A DNA stretch of 45,952 nt, taken from positions 189,629,739 through 189,675,690 of the forward strand of contig NC_068981.1 in the NCBI RefSeq assembly GCF_001194135.2. Direction: 5' to 3'. Shown here piece after piece: positions 35,461 to 45,952 of this stretch; position 1 is the stretch's first letter; each line of letters opens with the position of its first letter. The notes below the pieces were generated by a model that saw only the letters and a program-made list of their open reading frames with translations, searched no databases and was not told the origin of the DNA. The position numbers and the translations under genes are program-made. The stretch comes from Octopus bimaculoides. Lineage: Eukaryota.

Positions 35461-35745
35461 TGTTGGTGTGTTTATGTCCCTGTTACTTAGCGGTCCGGTA
35501 AAAGAATTTGATGAGTTATTTCAGTTTCCATCTTGCAAATCCAATTGCAAAGCTTTGGTGTGCTTGTAGGTGAAGCAGGAAACACTTACACACGGTGCCA
35601 TGGGGTGGGACTGAACTTGCGACCAAGAGGTTGGGAAGCAAGTTTCTTAACCACACCTGCACCTCTATCTGTTGTCTTTTACTTGTTTTAGTCATTAGAC
35701 TGTGGTCATGCTGGGGCACCACCTTGAAGAATTTTTCAGTCAAAT
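35461..35745. mobile_element. Mosaic of SINE family A fragments in both orientations
   Basis: Plus-strand tail piece, then minus-strand head and minus-strand tail pieces. Confidence 0.65.
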
Positions 35746-35769
35746 GTATCCACCTCAGCACTTATTTTC

Positions 35770-36024
35770 TGTATTGCCCCTCTGGAAGGGTTGGAAAATT
35801 CCAAGGGGGCACTGAAGAAAAGAGGGATGATAATGGCACAGCTATTCATGTAAAAACAACAAAATAGTGGTTTCATTAGGTTAAGTTTTATTTGTAAGAT
35901 ACAGTTGCTTTGAATATGCTTCAGAAAGAGGTGTATGTTTGTGATGGTTAGTTGGGGTGTGGGCACTAGGAATGTGGCCTGAGTGTCATGGGGACAGCAG
36001 CCCGAAGAAGTTTGGAAACCACTG
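35770..36024. mobile_element. hAT MITE, second copy of 12675-12914
   Basis: Shared attcatgtaaa.acaacaaaata...cactaggaatgtggcctg interior; right TIR tttggaaaccactg. Confidence 0.8.
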
Positions 36025-36085
36025 CTAAATGATTTCAGGCACAGTCATTTCTCAAGGAGTTTTCTACTAACTTTTCTACTGTCAG

Positions 36086-36278
36086 GAATCAAGGATACTG
36101 TATTCTTAGACTGGTTTCCAATCTTGTGTTGGACGTGTTTCTGTGTCATAATTCTTCTTCAGCAGCAGACACTGAATCTGTTGATCATAGCCCACTAAAA
36201 AATACCTACCTTTTTCATATGGAAATAGTAAATAATAAATTAGCTGGTGTGCGCAAAGCTGATGACATTATTTCATAG
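36086..36278 (+). CDS. Candidate terminal coding exon (xNQGYCILRLVSNLVLDVFLCHN...LAGVRKADDIIS*)
   Basis: TACTAAC at 36065-36071, ttttctactgtcag| acceptor, 63 open codons to TAG, AATAAA at 36310-36315. Confidence 0.4.
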
Positions 36279-36414
36279 CCTTGCTTTGTATGTTTTTACA
36301 CATATTGCCAATAAAGAGTATTTCTTTCCCAAAAAGGAAACCACATCATAAGTACTTGAATGTGTCAATTATAACATACACTCCTTTATTTTTAACTGTT
36401 GCTGAGTTTAAACT

Positions 36415-37190
36415 ACTACTAGTAGTAGTAGCAGTAGTAGTAGCAGTAGTAGTAGCAATAGTAGTAGTAGTAGTAGTTGCAGCAGCAGTAATAGCAATAG
36501 TAGTAGTAGTAGTAGTTGCAGCAGCACCAACAGTAGTAGTAGTTGTAATAGTTGTAACAGCAGCAGCTGTTAGTAGTAATAGAAGTAGTAGTAATCGTAG
36601 TAATAGTTGTAGTAGCAGCAGTAGCAGTAGTAGTAGTAGTTGTTGTCNNNNNNNNNNNNNNNNNNNNNNNNNNNNNNNNNNNNNNNNNNNNNNNNNNNNN
36701 NNNNNNNNNNNNNNNNNNNNNNNNNNNNNNNNNNTCGTAGTAATAGTTGTAGTAGCAGCAGTAGCAGTAGTAGTAGTAGTTGTTGTCGTTGTTGTTGTTG
36801 TTGTTGTTGTAGTGGTAGTAGCAGCAACACCAGCAGTAGAATAGTAGCTGTAGCAGTGACGGTGGTGGTGGTGGTGGTGATGGAAGTGGTGGTGTTGGTG
36901 GTGGTAGTAGTGGTAGTAGTAATAGATGATAATGATGACAACAACGATTATGATGATGAATATAAAACACTAACAATGACGATGATGTTGATGATGATGC
37001 TGAGGACGACCGTGGCACCAACAATGGTGTTGGTTATAACGATAGTAGTGGTAGTGGTATTAATGTGGTGATGGTGACAGCGATGATATTTGTGATGATG
37101 GTGTCAATAATGGTCATGATGTTGTTGGTGGTGGTCATGGTATAAGTGATGGTATTGCTGGTAGTTTTGATGATAATGGTGATGGTGGTG
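36415..37190. repeat. Compound trinucleotide repeat (AGT/AGC/GTT/GGT/GAT)n spanning a gap
   Basis: Direct reading. Confidence 0.9.
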
Positions 37191-37223
37191 GTGGTAAAGG
37201 GAAAAACCCCTTAAGGTCCAAAC

Positions 37224-37398
37224 AAGTGATTCTCAACCATGACTCCAAAGGCTGCATACAACCTTTAAGAGTCTTTCTGGCAAACCCCTGACAGTCATTG
37301 CTCTGTAAATTTAATAAATTTTTCTTCAATTGACATGTGTCTTAGTTTTTTTTTTTTTTGGATCTGGCCCCAGATATTAAAAAAGTTGAGAACCAATG
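37224..37398. mobile_element. Small hAT-type MITE
   Basis: TIRs agtgattctcaac / gttgagaaccaatg; flanks gtccaaac / gtcaagaa (5/8). Confidence 0.6.
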
Positions 37399-37611
37399 GT
37401 CAAGAATTTGGATAACAAAATCAGTTCTTTGTTGCTGAACCTGTACAAAGTGGGGCAGGAGATATAGAAAGAGCTAAGTAGGTAGATTAATTGATTGATT
37501 GAGCAATTGATTGAGCAATAGAGAGGTAGAAAGAAAAAGAAAGAGAAAAGGAAAGAAAGAGAGAGAGAGAGGGGGGCATATAATCAATACAGTTTTTATG
37601 ATAGAAAATCA

Positions 37612-38228
37612 TCATCGTCGTCGTCATCGTCATCGACATCATCATCGTTTGATGTCCGTTTTCCATGCTGGCATGAGTTGGACGGTTTGACTGAGGTCTG
37701 GAGAGCCAGCAGCTGCACCAGGCTCTAATCTGATCTGGCAATGTTTCTACAGCTTGAGGCCCTTCCTAACGCCAACCACTCTCAGAGTGTAGTGGGTGCT
37801 TTTTACATGCCACCGACACAAGGGCCAGTCAGGGGTGTACTGGCATTGGCCATGTTCAGATGGTGCTTTTTACGTGCCACTGGCACAGGAGCCAGTCAGA
37901 TGCACCTGGTATCAATCACACGTTTGGATAGTCCATTCTATGTGCCACCGGCATGGGAGCCAGTCAGTGGGTACTGGCATCGGCTATGTTCAGTTCGCGC
38001 TTTTTATGTGCCACCGGCACAGGAGCCAGTCAGGCTGGCCTGGTATCGATCACATTCAGATAGTGGTTTTTATGTGCCACAGGCACGAGAGCTAGTCAAG
38101 CGAACCTGGCATTCGCCACGTTCAGATGGTGCTTTTTACATACCACCAGTACAGGAGCCAGTCAGGGGTCACTGGTCACAGCTACGATATTGGTTTCACT
38201 TGATTCAACAGGTCTTCTCAAGCATATC
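37612..38228 (-). mobile_element. Family C retroposon with six 66-bp units
   Basis: Units begin near 37795, 37862, 37930, 37996, 38063 and 38128. Confidence 0.85.
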
Positions 38229-39049
38229 ATAACGCACTTTGTTGAATTTAAAATAATTATCCAAAAAGAAAGTTTTGTATGTAACTTAAAACTACTTTTG
38301 TCAACAGATTAACAACTGAGTGGTGGGGGGGAGCTTGTATTCCAGAAAAGATTTCAATATACTGCAAATGGTGTGGTGAAGGTGGATGTGGTAGTGGTGG
38401 TGGTGGTGATGGGAGTGAGCTTTTGTTTTGTTTTGTTTTTTGTTGTGTTGCTGTTGTTGTAACTGTAATGCCTGCTTTTAATATATTATCAACAACTGAC
38501 AATAAATATGAAGAAATATTTTTATAATATAGAGTTAAAAAATAAAGCAAATATAAATGCTCATATCATCAGTAATAAATAATAAGACACAAGTTTATAT
38601 TGTAAGCAATATGTTTTGTTGTCAAATAAAGTCATATTTTATTTGGGGCTTGTTCAAAATGCAATAATGTATAGATGTTCACTTGAAAAATGATAATATT
38701 GTCTGGCTTTTATATTAAATGAACATTTTCCTGACTTTGTGTTTGGATTCACTTTAGCAATTGAAGGAGAGAGAGAAAGAAAGAGAGAGAGATGCGGGGG
38801 GAAAAAGAAAGAAAGAAGGAAAGAGAAAAACTAATAAGATATGTGATTTTGGTCAAAGTTCAATATTTTTAAACAATTTCTCAAATATCTGCAAATATTT
38901 TAGAAAAGTTTACAGTTGAATAATTCACTTTTTCTTACATGTACATACATGTTAAAAGTTGTGGTACTCATACACGCAAATATGATATGGACTTAAATTT
39001 TCTGAGTTCAAATCAATCTACAGCCAGAAGCATAACAGCGATAATGTAT

Positions 39050-39360
39050 ACCAACCACATGGTTCTGGGTTCAGTCCTGCTGTGTGGCATTTTGGGCAAG
39101 TGTCTTCTACTATAGCCTTGGGCCGACCAGGGCCTTATGAGTGGATTTGGTGGATGGAAACTGAAATAAGCCTCTTGTATGTATATATATGTGTGTGTGT
39201 GTGTGTGTGTTTGTGTGTCTGTGCTTTTTCCCCCAACATCACTTGACAACTGGTGCTGGTGTGTTTACGTCCCTGTAACTCAGCGGTTTGGCAAAAAGAG
39301 ATTGATAGAATAAGTACTAGGTTTACAAAGAATAATTCCTGGGGTCGATTTGCTCAACTA
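39050..39360 (+). mobile_element. SINE family A
   Basis: ccaaccacatggttctgggttcagtcc...ctggggtcgatttgctcaacta. Confidence 0.85.
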
Positions 39361-39554
39361 ATTATCATCATCATCATTATCATCATCATCATCACCACCA
39401 CCATCATCATCATCATCACATTACATGGGTCAGACGGAATTTGTTGAAGCAGATTTTCTAGAAGCCACCTCACTGGCTAAATTTATGAATACATAATGAC
39501 TTTCCTCTGACACTCGAGAACATGTTTTGTGCTGCCGGAACTGGTCATTATACA

Positions 39555-39720
39555 TAGTGGCCTAGTGGTTAGAAAGCTGGGCTCAAGCTCGTAAGTTCAC
39601 AGGTTCAATTCCAGCAATGAGCAGTGCATTGAGTTCTTGTGCAAAGCCTTTCATTTCATGTTACTCCCAGTCCAGTCCAGTTCAAATGAGTCCGAGGTAG
39701 CTGCCAGTACAGCCTTCTCT
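39555..39720 (+). mobile_element. Degenerate tRNA-headed SINE (family D-like)
   Basis: gtggcctagtggttag A-box and ggttcaattcc B-box. Confidence 0.55.
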
Positions 39721-39859
39721 CCCTTTGATCTGCAAAGTCATTGATATGCGACTGGTTGAAGGGTAGGATTGAGAACTGAGAGGGTATCTATGCCTACTAA
39801 TGACTGCAAACATACCCCAAAACAATTAAACAGGTCATACTTTATCTTTCATCTTTTAT

Positions 39860-40260
39860 CCTTTAGTTGTTTCAGTTATTGGACTGTGGCCATGCTGGAG
39901 CACCACCTTGAGGAATTTTTACTAGAAGGAATCAACCCCCCAGTACCTTTTTTTTTAAAAGTCTGATTCTTATTCTACTAGTGTTTTTTTTTGTTTGTTT
40001 TTGCTAAACCACGAGGTTACGGGGATGTAAACACACCAACACTGATCGTCAAGCTATGGTGGAGGACAAACACAGACACATAAATACAGTCACATGTATA
40101 TATGTTGGGCTTCTTTCAGTTTCCATCTACCAAATCCACTCATAAGGCTTTGATCAGCCTAGGCTTTAGTCGAAGATACTTACCCAAGGTGCCATGCAGT
40201 GGGACTGAGCCTGGAACCATGTGGGTGGGAAGCTTCTTACCACTCAGTCATGCTTACCAC
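39860..40260 (-). mobile_element. SINE family A, near full length
   Basis: Reverse complement of the tail, microsatellite, CORE-like block and head. Confidence 0.85.
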
Positions 40261-40267
40261 TCAGTCA

Positions 40268-40795
40268 TTTAATGTCCGCTTTCCATGCTAGCATGGATTG
40301 GACGGTTGACTGAGGCTGCAGTAGGCTCCAATCTGAATCTGGCAAGGCTTATACAGTTCGATGCCCTTCCTAATGCCAACCACTCTGAGAGCATGGTGGG
40401 TGCTTTTTATGTGACACTGGCATATGGGCCAGTCAGGTGGCACTGGCGTCAACCACACTTGAACGGTGCTTTTTAGGTGCCACTGGCATGGTAACTAGTC
40501 AGGTGGATCTGGCATTGACCACACTCAAATAGTGCTTTTTTTGCATGCCACCAGCATGGGGGCCAGTCAGGTGGCACTGTCATCAACCACACTTGAATGG
40601 TGCTTTTTATGTGCCACCTACATGGAGGCCAGTCAAGTGGCACTGGCATCGACCATGCTCAAATGGTGCTTTTTACATGCCACTGGCATGGGAGCCAGTC
40701 AGGGTGATCTGGCATTGACCACACTCAAATGGTGCTTTCTATGTGCCACTGGCATGGGTGCCAGTTAGGTGACACTGGCATCAGCCATGCTGAAT
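40268..40795 (-). mobile_element. Family C retroposon with six 66-bp units, CpG-decayed
   Basis: Units begin near 40400, 40466, 40531, 40599, 40665 and 40730. Confidence 0.85.
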
Positions 40796-41247
40796 AATCT
40801 AATTCATGTTTCTGTTCGCTATTAACATACAATGTCTCACTCATATTCTTAACTCTACAAATATATTTTTGAAAATGGGTTTGAAATATGAATAGTGTAT
40901 TTGGTTTAGATATTTTGATGTGCCTTGTGAGGATCATTCTGCCAATAATAACACACACACTGGTTCAATATCACTTGTTTATTGTTAGTCAATTTGTTAA
41001 ATATCTAACCAATTGATGAATCTATTGCCTGTTTAAAATGCCAGTTAAACAATCAGCTGGTTGTTTGTTAGTCAAGGTCCGAAAAATAAAGAAGTGGTAT
41101 TGAAACAGTGTGTGTGCTATTATTGGCATAAAGACCCTCCCAAGGTACAACAAGATTTGTTTCAATACACAAATTCACATCAAGAATCTTGCAAACCAAA
41201 TACAAAAACGAAGTTTAAATATTTTATTTCCAAGAAAAATCACAACA

Positions 41248-41300
41248 CTTTTAAATATCTAACATCCACTTTTAAATATCTAACATCCACTTTTAAATAT
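41248..41300. repeat. 21-bp tandem duplication (acttttaaatatctaacatcc, about 2.5 copies)
   Basis: Direct reading. Confidence 0.9.
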
Positions 41301-41455
41301 GCTGACCCCTTGTAATCTGACAACATCCTCCTCACCAAAGGGGTGCAACCATTCAGGTTAAGAAATATTCTTTAAAACCAATAGTATTCCCATCCTGTAT
41401 CTATGTGCTCCTGCATAATACCTTTTTGTCCATCCTTTCTCAATCAATTGCTTAA

Positions 41456-41675
41456 CCCTTTTGTTACTAACCTGGCTGAAACCGGTTCTGGCTCTGTAGT
41501 ATAAACGTCTTGTTTTCATAAATTCTGAATTAGAATCTTCCACCATACCTTAGTCCCAATTTATGTTCCTAACACTAGTTTAATGATAACTAAGTTATTT
41601 TACTAAATTCTTTGTTATATTTAAAATTAATTGAAAGAAACAGAGTTTCTCAACAGAAATATGGTAACAAAAGGG
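41456..41675. mobile_element. piggyBac-type MITE, copy 1
   Basis: TTAA|cccttttgttac ... gtaacaaaaggg|TTAA. Confidence 0.85.
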
Positions 41676-41695
41676 TTAACAAATGATTAATTTAA

Positions 41696-41917
41696 CCCTT
41701 TTGATACTAACCCAGCTAAAATCAGTTCTGGCTTTGTAGTACAAATGTTTTGTTTTTATAAGTTTTGAATTAAAATCTTCCACCAAACCTTAGTCACAGT
41801 TTATGTTCCTAACACTAGCTTAATGATAACTAAGTTATTTGACTAAATTCTTTTGTTATATTTAACGTAATTAAAAGAAACACAGAGCATCTCAAAATAA
41901 ATACAGTAATGAAAGAG
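41696..41917. mobile_element. piggyBac-type MITE, copy 2 (tandem)
   Basis: TTAA|cccttttgatac ... gtaatgaaagag|TTAA; collinear with copy 1. Confidence 0.8.
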
Positions 41918-42403
41918 TTAAGCAGAAATAAATTCTAATAAAGCTAGAGGGGAGATGCAGAAAAATAAAGTATTATAGAAGGGAGATTTCACAAACTATA
42001 AAAAAAACATAAATTCAGATTTTGAAAATAAATCGAAATTCCATTCTCTGAAAAAAAATTGAACTGAGTAAAATCCATATGGTTTGATTTATTATTTTTT
42101 AGTATTGCATTTGTATATAATTTTCAGTATTTCAATATTTCATACTTGCTTGGAAATATATTGTTATTACTTGGTGAGTTTTATTAATAAAATTGCATAT
42201 GATTTTCTAAGTATATATGAAAGTGTGTTGGCATTACTATGACAGACTTGCACTTACATGTTTCACTGTATTCGCTTTCTAGCAAGTACTCTAACAAACA
42301 CTCAAATATATATATATATATATAATAATATTATTAGGGACAAAATCCAAAATTACAGGTAAAAAACTCAATTANNNNNNNNNNAATTGGCTATTTTCCC
42401 TAA

Positions 42404-42438
<35 letters not shown>

Positions 42439-42744
42439 CGTATATGTACATACTTACATCTATACGCATATATATAAGCACATGTAGAGGCAACAGGACA
42501 TCATGAAACATGTACAACAAAAAAATACGAAGCACGAGTACATGGAACATGAACTATTCTTTCGAACAACGAAAGACACAAATGGAAGACAAAATAAACA
42601 ACATAAAGAACGACCTTTCATCAGTTGCTGGCTGTTTTTCTAGTCTCGTATTTCAAGCATTTAACAACAGTATATGCTTTTGATTATCATATTATTATAT
42701 GGTTGAATGCCACGCATCCTGTTTCAAGTAAGTTTTAACTATCT

Positions 42745-42998
42745 ATCTATGGACCCTGAAACCCTTATTGCTGTCATGGAATGTATTTTGGAAAGGGCAC
42801 GGATGTATGAAGCTGAAAATGGATGCCATTTAAAAGATGTCATTTTTCATATGTAATGCAGAGGTATGATGGAAAAGAACTAATGCAAATTAATCTCCAT
42901 TATCCCCTTTATATTGAATTAAAATTTCATATAACTATTTGTAAAAATAAAGGACTTATTAAGAATTAAAACCCCTCAGTGACTTTTGGACCACTCTG
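42745..42998 (+). mobile_element. Tc1/mariner 3' end
   Basis: MDPETLIAVMECILERARMYEAENGCHLKDVIFHM* resembles a transposase C-terminus; ends acttttggaccactctg|ta. Confidence 0.7.
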
Positions 42999-43191
42999 TA
43001 TATATATTGCCAATAATCCATACAATTGCAGGAATAGAAGAAATGTAATTGAAAAGGCACACAAAATAAATTAGAATTAACGAGAATTTAATTATATCTT
43101 GAAATATAGGAATACATTTTTTCACATTAGATTTTCAAAAGTGTATGGTATATGGAGTTGTGTCACAAATTATATTTATTCTGGCTGTTGT

Positions 43192-43415
43192 TCATCATCA
43201 TAATCATCATCGTTTAACGTCCGCTTCCATGCTAGCATGGGTTGGTCGATTTGACAGGACTGGTGAACCAGATGGCTACACCAGGCCCCAATCTGATTTC
43301 GCAGAGTTTCTACAGCTGGATGCCCTTCCTAACGCCAACCACTCTGCGAGTGTAGTGGGTGCTTTTACATGCCACCGGCACGAAAGCCAGTCAGGCGGTA
43401 CTGGCAACGGCCAAG
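43192..43415 (-). mobile_element. Family C retroposon, short form
   Basis: Same tail, one unit. Confidence 0.85.
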
Positions 43416-44150
43416 TTTACTACTAACTTCCTTTAAAAACGTCTAACAATATAAGCAGTGATAATATGGCTTTCATAAGAATAGGATGGTGTAGAATTCC
43501 TCTCTTCTTGTAACATTTAAATTAATCAAATATGGGATTAATTAGATATGCATAATTGATGATAGCAGTATTTTAAGGTATGTCATACTATTTGAAACAT
43601 ACATAGCTGATTAAATCATGAATTAACCTCTTTGGATTTTCTATTATTCCTTGTGACTACATATTGAATTTATACTGAATTCATTCCATAAAACTTCAAA
43701 TTTACAAATTGAATTGGTGACAGAATGTAAATTTGCAGCTCACATGGATTCCTGTGGCATGCACTGGACAATGTAGTTAACTCAGCCTGATCTCTACAGA
43801 ATGCTTATAAACTATCCATCTAGATTCCGTCATCATTTTTCCCCTCACAATGTGCATGTGTATGTGTGTATGCATGTATATGTGTGTGTGTGTATAGATT
43901 AAATCTGAGAAGGAAAATGGTTGACAATGGCTTCGCTGTTTTGCTCTTGCACATCCACATCAGATTGTACTTTGTTTGTATTTCCTTGGCTGAGTTTCTT
44001 TTTTCAGTGGATAGGTGGAGCCAGTGGCGGACTGGCCAGGTTGCCAGCTTGTCCAATGGCAGGTGGGCCCCTGCACCGTTAGACTCCATATATGGGGGCC
44101 CATGTTAGTATCTAAGGGGCCCATCCTCTCAAGTTTGAGAACTTTTTATT

Positions 44151-44182
<32 letters not shown>

Positions 44183-44249
44183 CACACATGTACTTATGAA
44201 TATATTTTGTTTCTTTTATTAGTTTGAGCTCGAGGTCTACAGCCATGCT

Positions 44250-44600
44250 GGAGCGCTGACATTAGCGTTACAATATTTTCACTATTTGAAACCTCCTCTG
44301 ATATGTCGCATTTGGTGTATGAAGGAATTTAATGTTGCTGTCCTCACCTGTGTTTCCTGTTGTGAAGTAGATTCGTCCTGGAACTCTTGTCAAGAGCAGA
44401 CCCTGTGTTTCCTGTTGTGAGGTAGGTTCGTCTGGAACTCTTGTCAAGAGTAGATCCCGCTTTGTTTTGAAGGCACGTACATCCACCCCATGTAGGTCTC
44501 TCAGGATTTTGGGGAGGATATTGAAGAGATGTGGGGCCTTGAAATCCAAGCTGATGCACTATGTGGCTCTGTATCCTGATGGCAATGTTCGGATCTTTGG
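44250..44600 (-). mobile_element. CR1/Jockey-like LINE 3' end with a 54-bp internal tandem duplication
   Basis: KAPHLFNILPKILRDLHGVDVRAFKTKRDLLLTRVPDEP; duplication 44347-44400 / 44402-44454. Confidence 0.8.
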
Positions 44601-45289
44601 TGCTATGCAGTGACACCTCGTCCTGCTGATTACGTAACTTTTAATACCAAAGTTTGGCGCAAGGCCTTCAAGGAGCAATTCTTCAGTTCAATGATAAATT
44701 GTCTTCTTTATAACTTGACATATAAAATCATTAATGTGTGGGTATATACATATGACTATATGAGTGCGTATATGTGTATGCATATATGTGTGTGCATATA
44801 CATACGTGTATATGTGTATATATGAATGCATATGTAGGTGCGTGTGCGTACATTTGTTTGAAATTGTTTATAAGCAAAAGCAAAACATTTAGGTCAGTGA
44901 GTGTCAGTCGATCAGCCTTTTATGTTATATATTTGTCAGTCACTGACATTTGAACTCAGCGCCACTTTAATTAACATTTCAGTCAAGTTTTATGGTGCTA
45001 AAGAGATGTTTATCTGTGGCACTGGTAAAGGTTTTGACCGTTGTATACTTAGAAACAATAACTAACAACATTGTGTTGTCTTCTTAATTATTTCATCTTA
45101 ATTTTTTCTGTAAATATTTGCCTGTTATGTGTGTAAGTACAGTTACAAGAAAATATATTGAGATAAACTTTGATGATCTAATTTATATTTTATGGTCAGG
45201 ATTATATAATTCAGCTTTACATCTCTTCCTGAAACAAATCACGTGCAAGAATGATATAGATAAATAATCTCAAAAACTAATTCTCCCAT

Positions 45290-45520
45290 CTTATATGTGT
45301 AAGAGTTTTTCTCTTAAATGTGTTGTATTGGAACCACAACAAGGTTCTAATTTAATCTCACATCTGCGTATCAAACCCTTATATTTCGTTTCAAACTATA
45401 AAGTTTCTAAATTCATCTTAAAATTTCCAGCTTGTTTCAACCTCAAAATGTTGAACTTTTTGGCTTCTGTGCTGCCTCTTTTATAGTAAAAACCTTATAT
45501 TCATAAAAATCTTTTCACCA
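45290..45520 (-). pseudogene. Copy 3 of the 15664-15901 exon-like segment, with multiple stops
   Basis: YEYKVFTIKEAAQKPKS...DEFRNFIV*NEI*GFDTQM*D*; shares ttttggcttctgtgctgcct with 15803-15822. Confidence 0.6.
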
Positions 45521-45610
45521 GACCTGGAAAATTACAGCATCAATCTTCTTTGCCATTGGATTTGCTGTTGAGACGTACGTACGTTATATGTTAGCTGCAG
45601 CTTTGTGTTA

Positions 45611-45952
45611 CATCATCATCATCATCATCATCGTTTAACGTCCGCTTTCCTTGCTAGCATGGGTTGGACGATTTGACTGAGGACTGGTGAAACCGGATGG
45701 CAACACCAGGTTCCAATCTAATTTGGCAGAGTTTCTACAGCTGGATGCCCTTCCTAACGCCAACAACTCAGAGAGTGTAGTGAGTGCTTTTACTTGTCAC
45801 CCGCACGAGGGCCAGTCAGGTGGTACTGGCAACGGCCACACTCAAAATGGTGTCTTTTATGTGCCACCCGCACAAGAGCCAGTCCAGGGGCACTGGCAAC
45901 GATCTCACTTGGCTTGCCGGGTCTTCTCACGCACAGCACATTTCCAAACGTC
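45611..45952 (-). mobile_element. Family C retroposon with CpGs retained, running off the window
   Basis: atcatcgtttaacgtccgctttcc...ggatgcccttcctaacgcc plus internal units. Confidence 0.85.

Noticed and set aside
23235-36278. Resemblance of the candidate peptide to AP-5 sigma/longin or ricin-type motifs
   Set aside because: Only a few scattered residues match; not enough to assign a product or symbol.
36595-36787. Exact duplication of about 53 bp in the trinucleotide tract
   Set aside because: Identical sequence on both sides of an N gap; likely an assembly artefact.
37790-40790. CRISPR-like regular 66-bp arrays
   Set aside because: Whole units are similar with no unique spacers, they lie inside a retroposon, and the context is eukaryotic with no cas genes.
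41072-41144. Possible plus-strand exon (QGPKNKEVVLKQCVCYYWHKDPPK)
   Set aside because: Isolated splice-like signals with no partner exon or homology.

Overview
Eukaryotic, AT-rich, repeat-dense scaffold with 11 N-gaps. The SINE families, microsatellite load and transposon fragments look like a coleoid cephalopod (Octopus-like) genome; this is recognition, not a database result. Most ORFs in the supplied track are microsatellite or gap artefacts. Supported content: decayed CR1/Jockey-type, RTE-like and R4/Dong-like LINE fragments, a Ty3/Gypsy integrase plus LTR fused to a mariner 5' fragment, other Tc1/mariner ends, hAT-type and TTAA (piggyBac-type) MITEs, and many copies of at least four SINE/retroposon families. 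Less ordinary signals: a tRNA-headed SINE carrying a nearly intact type I hammerhead ribozyme (35248-35450) plus four more degenerate hammerhead-like motifs; three diverged copies of one unidentified coding exon (15.7 kb minus, 16.4 kb plus, 45.4 kb minus), two of them as a close inverted pair; a phase-compatible chain of small plus-strand candidate exons ending at 36278 with a poly(A) signal; a CpG-rich patch at about 21.2 kb followed by a CpG-depleted right half; and a 171-bp near-perfect hairpin. No protein-coding gene could be named, and all exon calls rest on splice signals and frame only.
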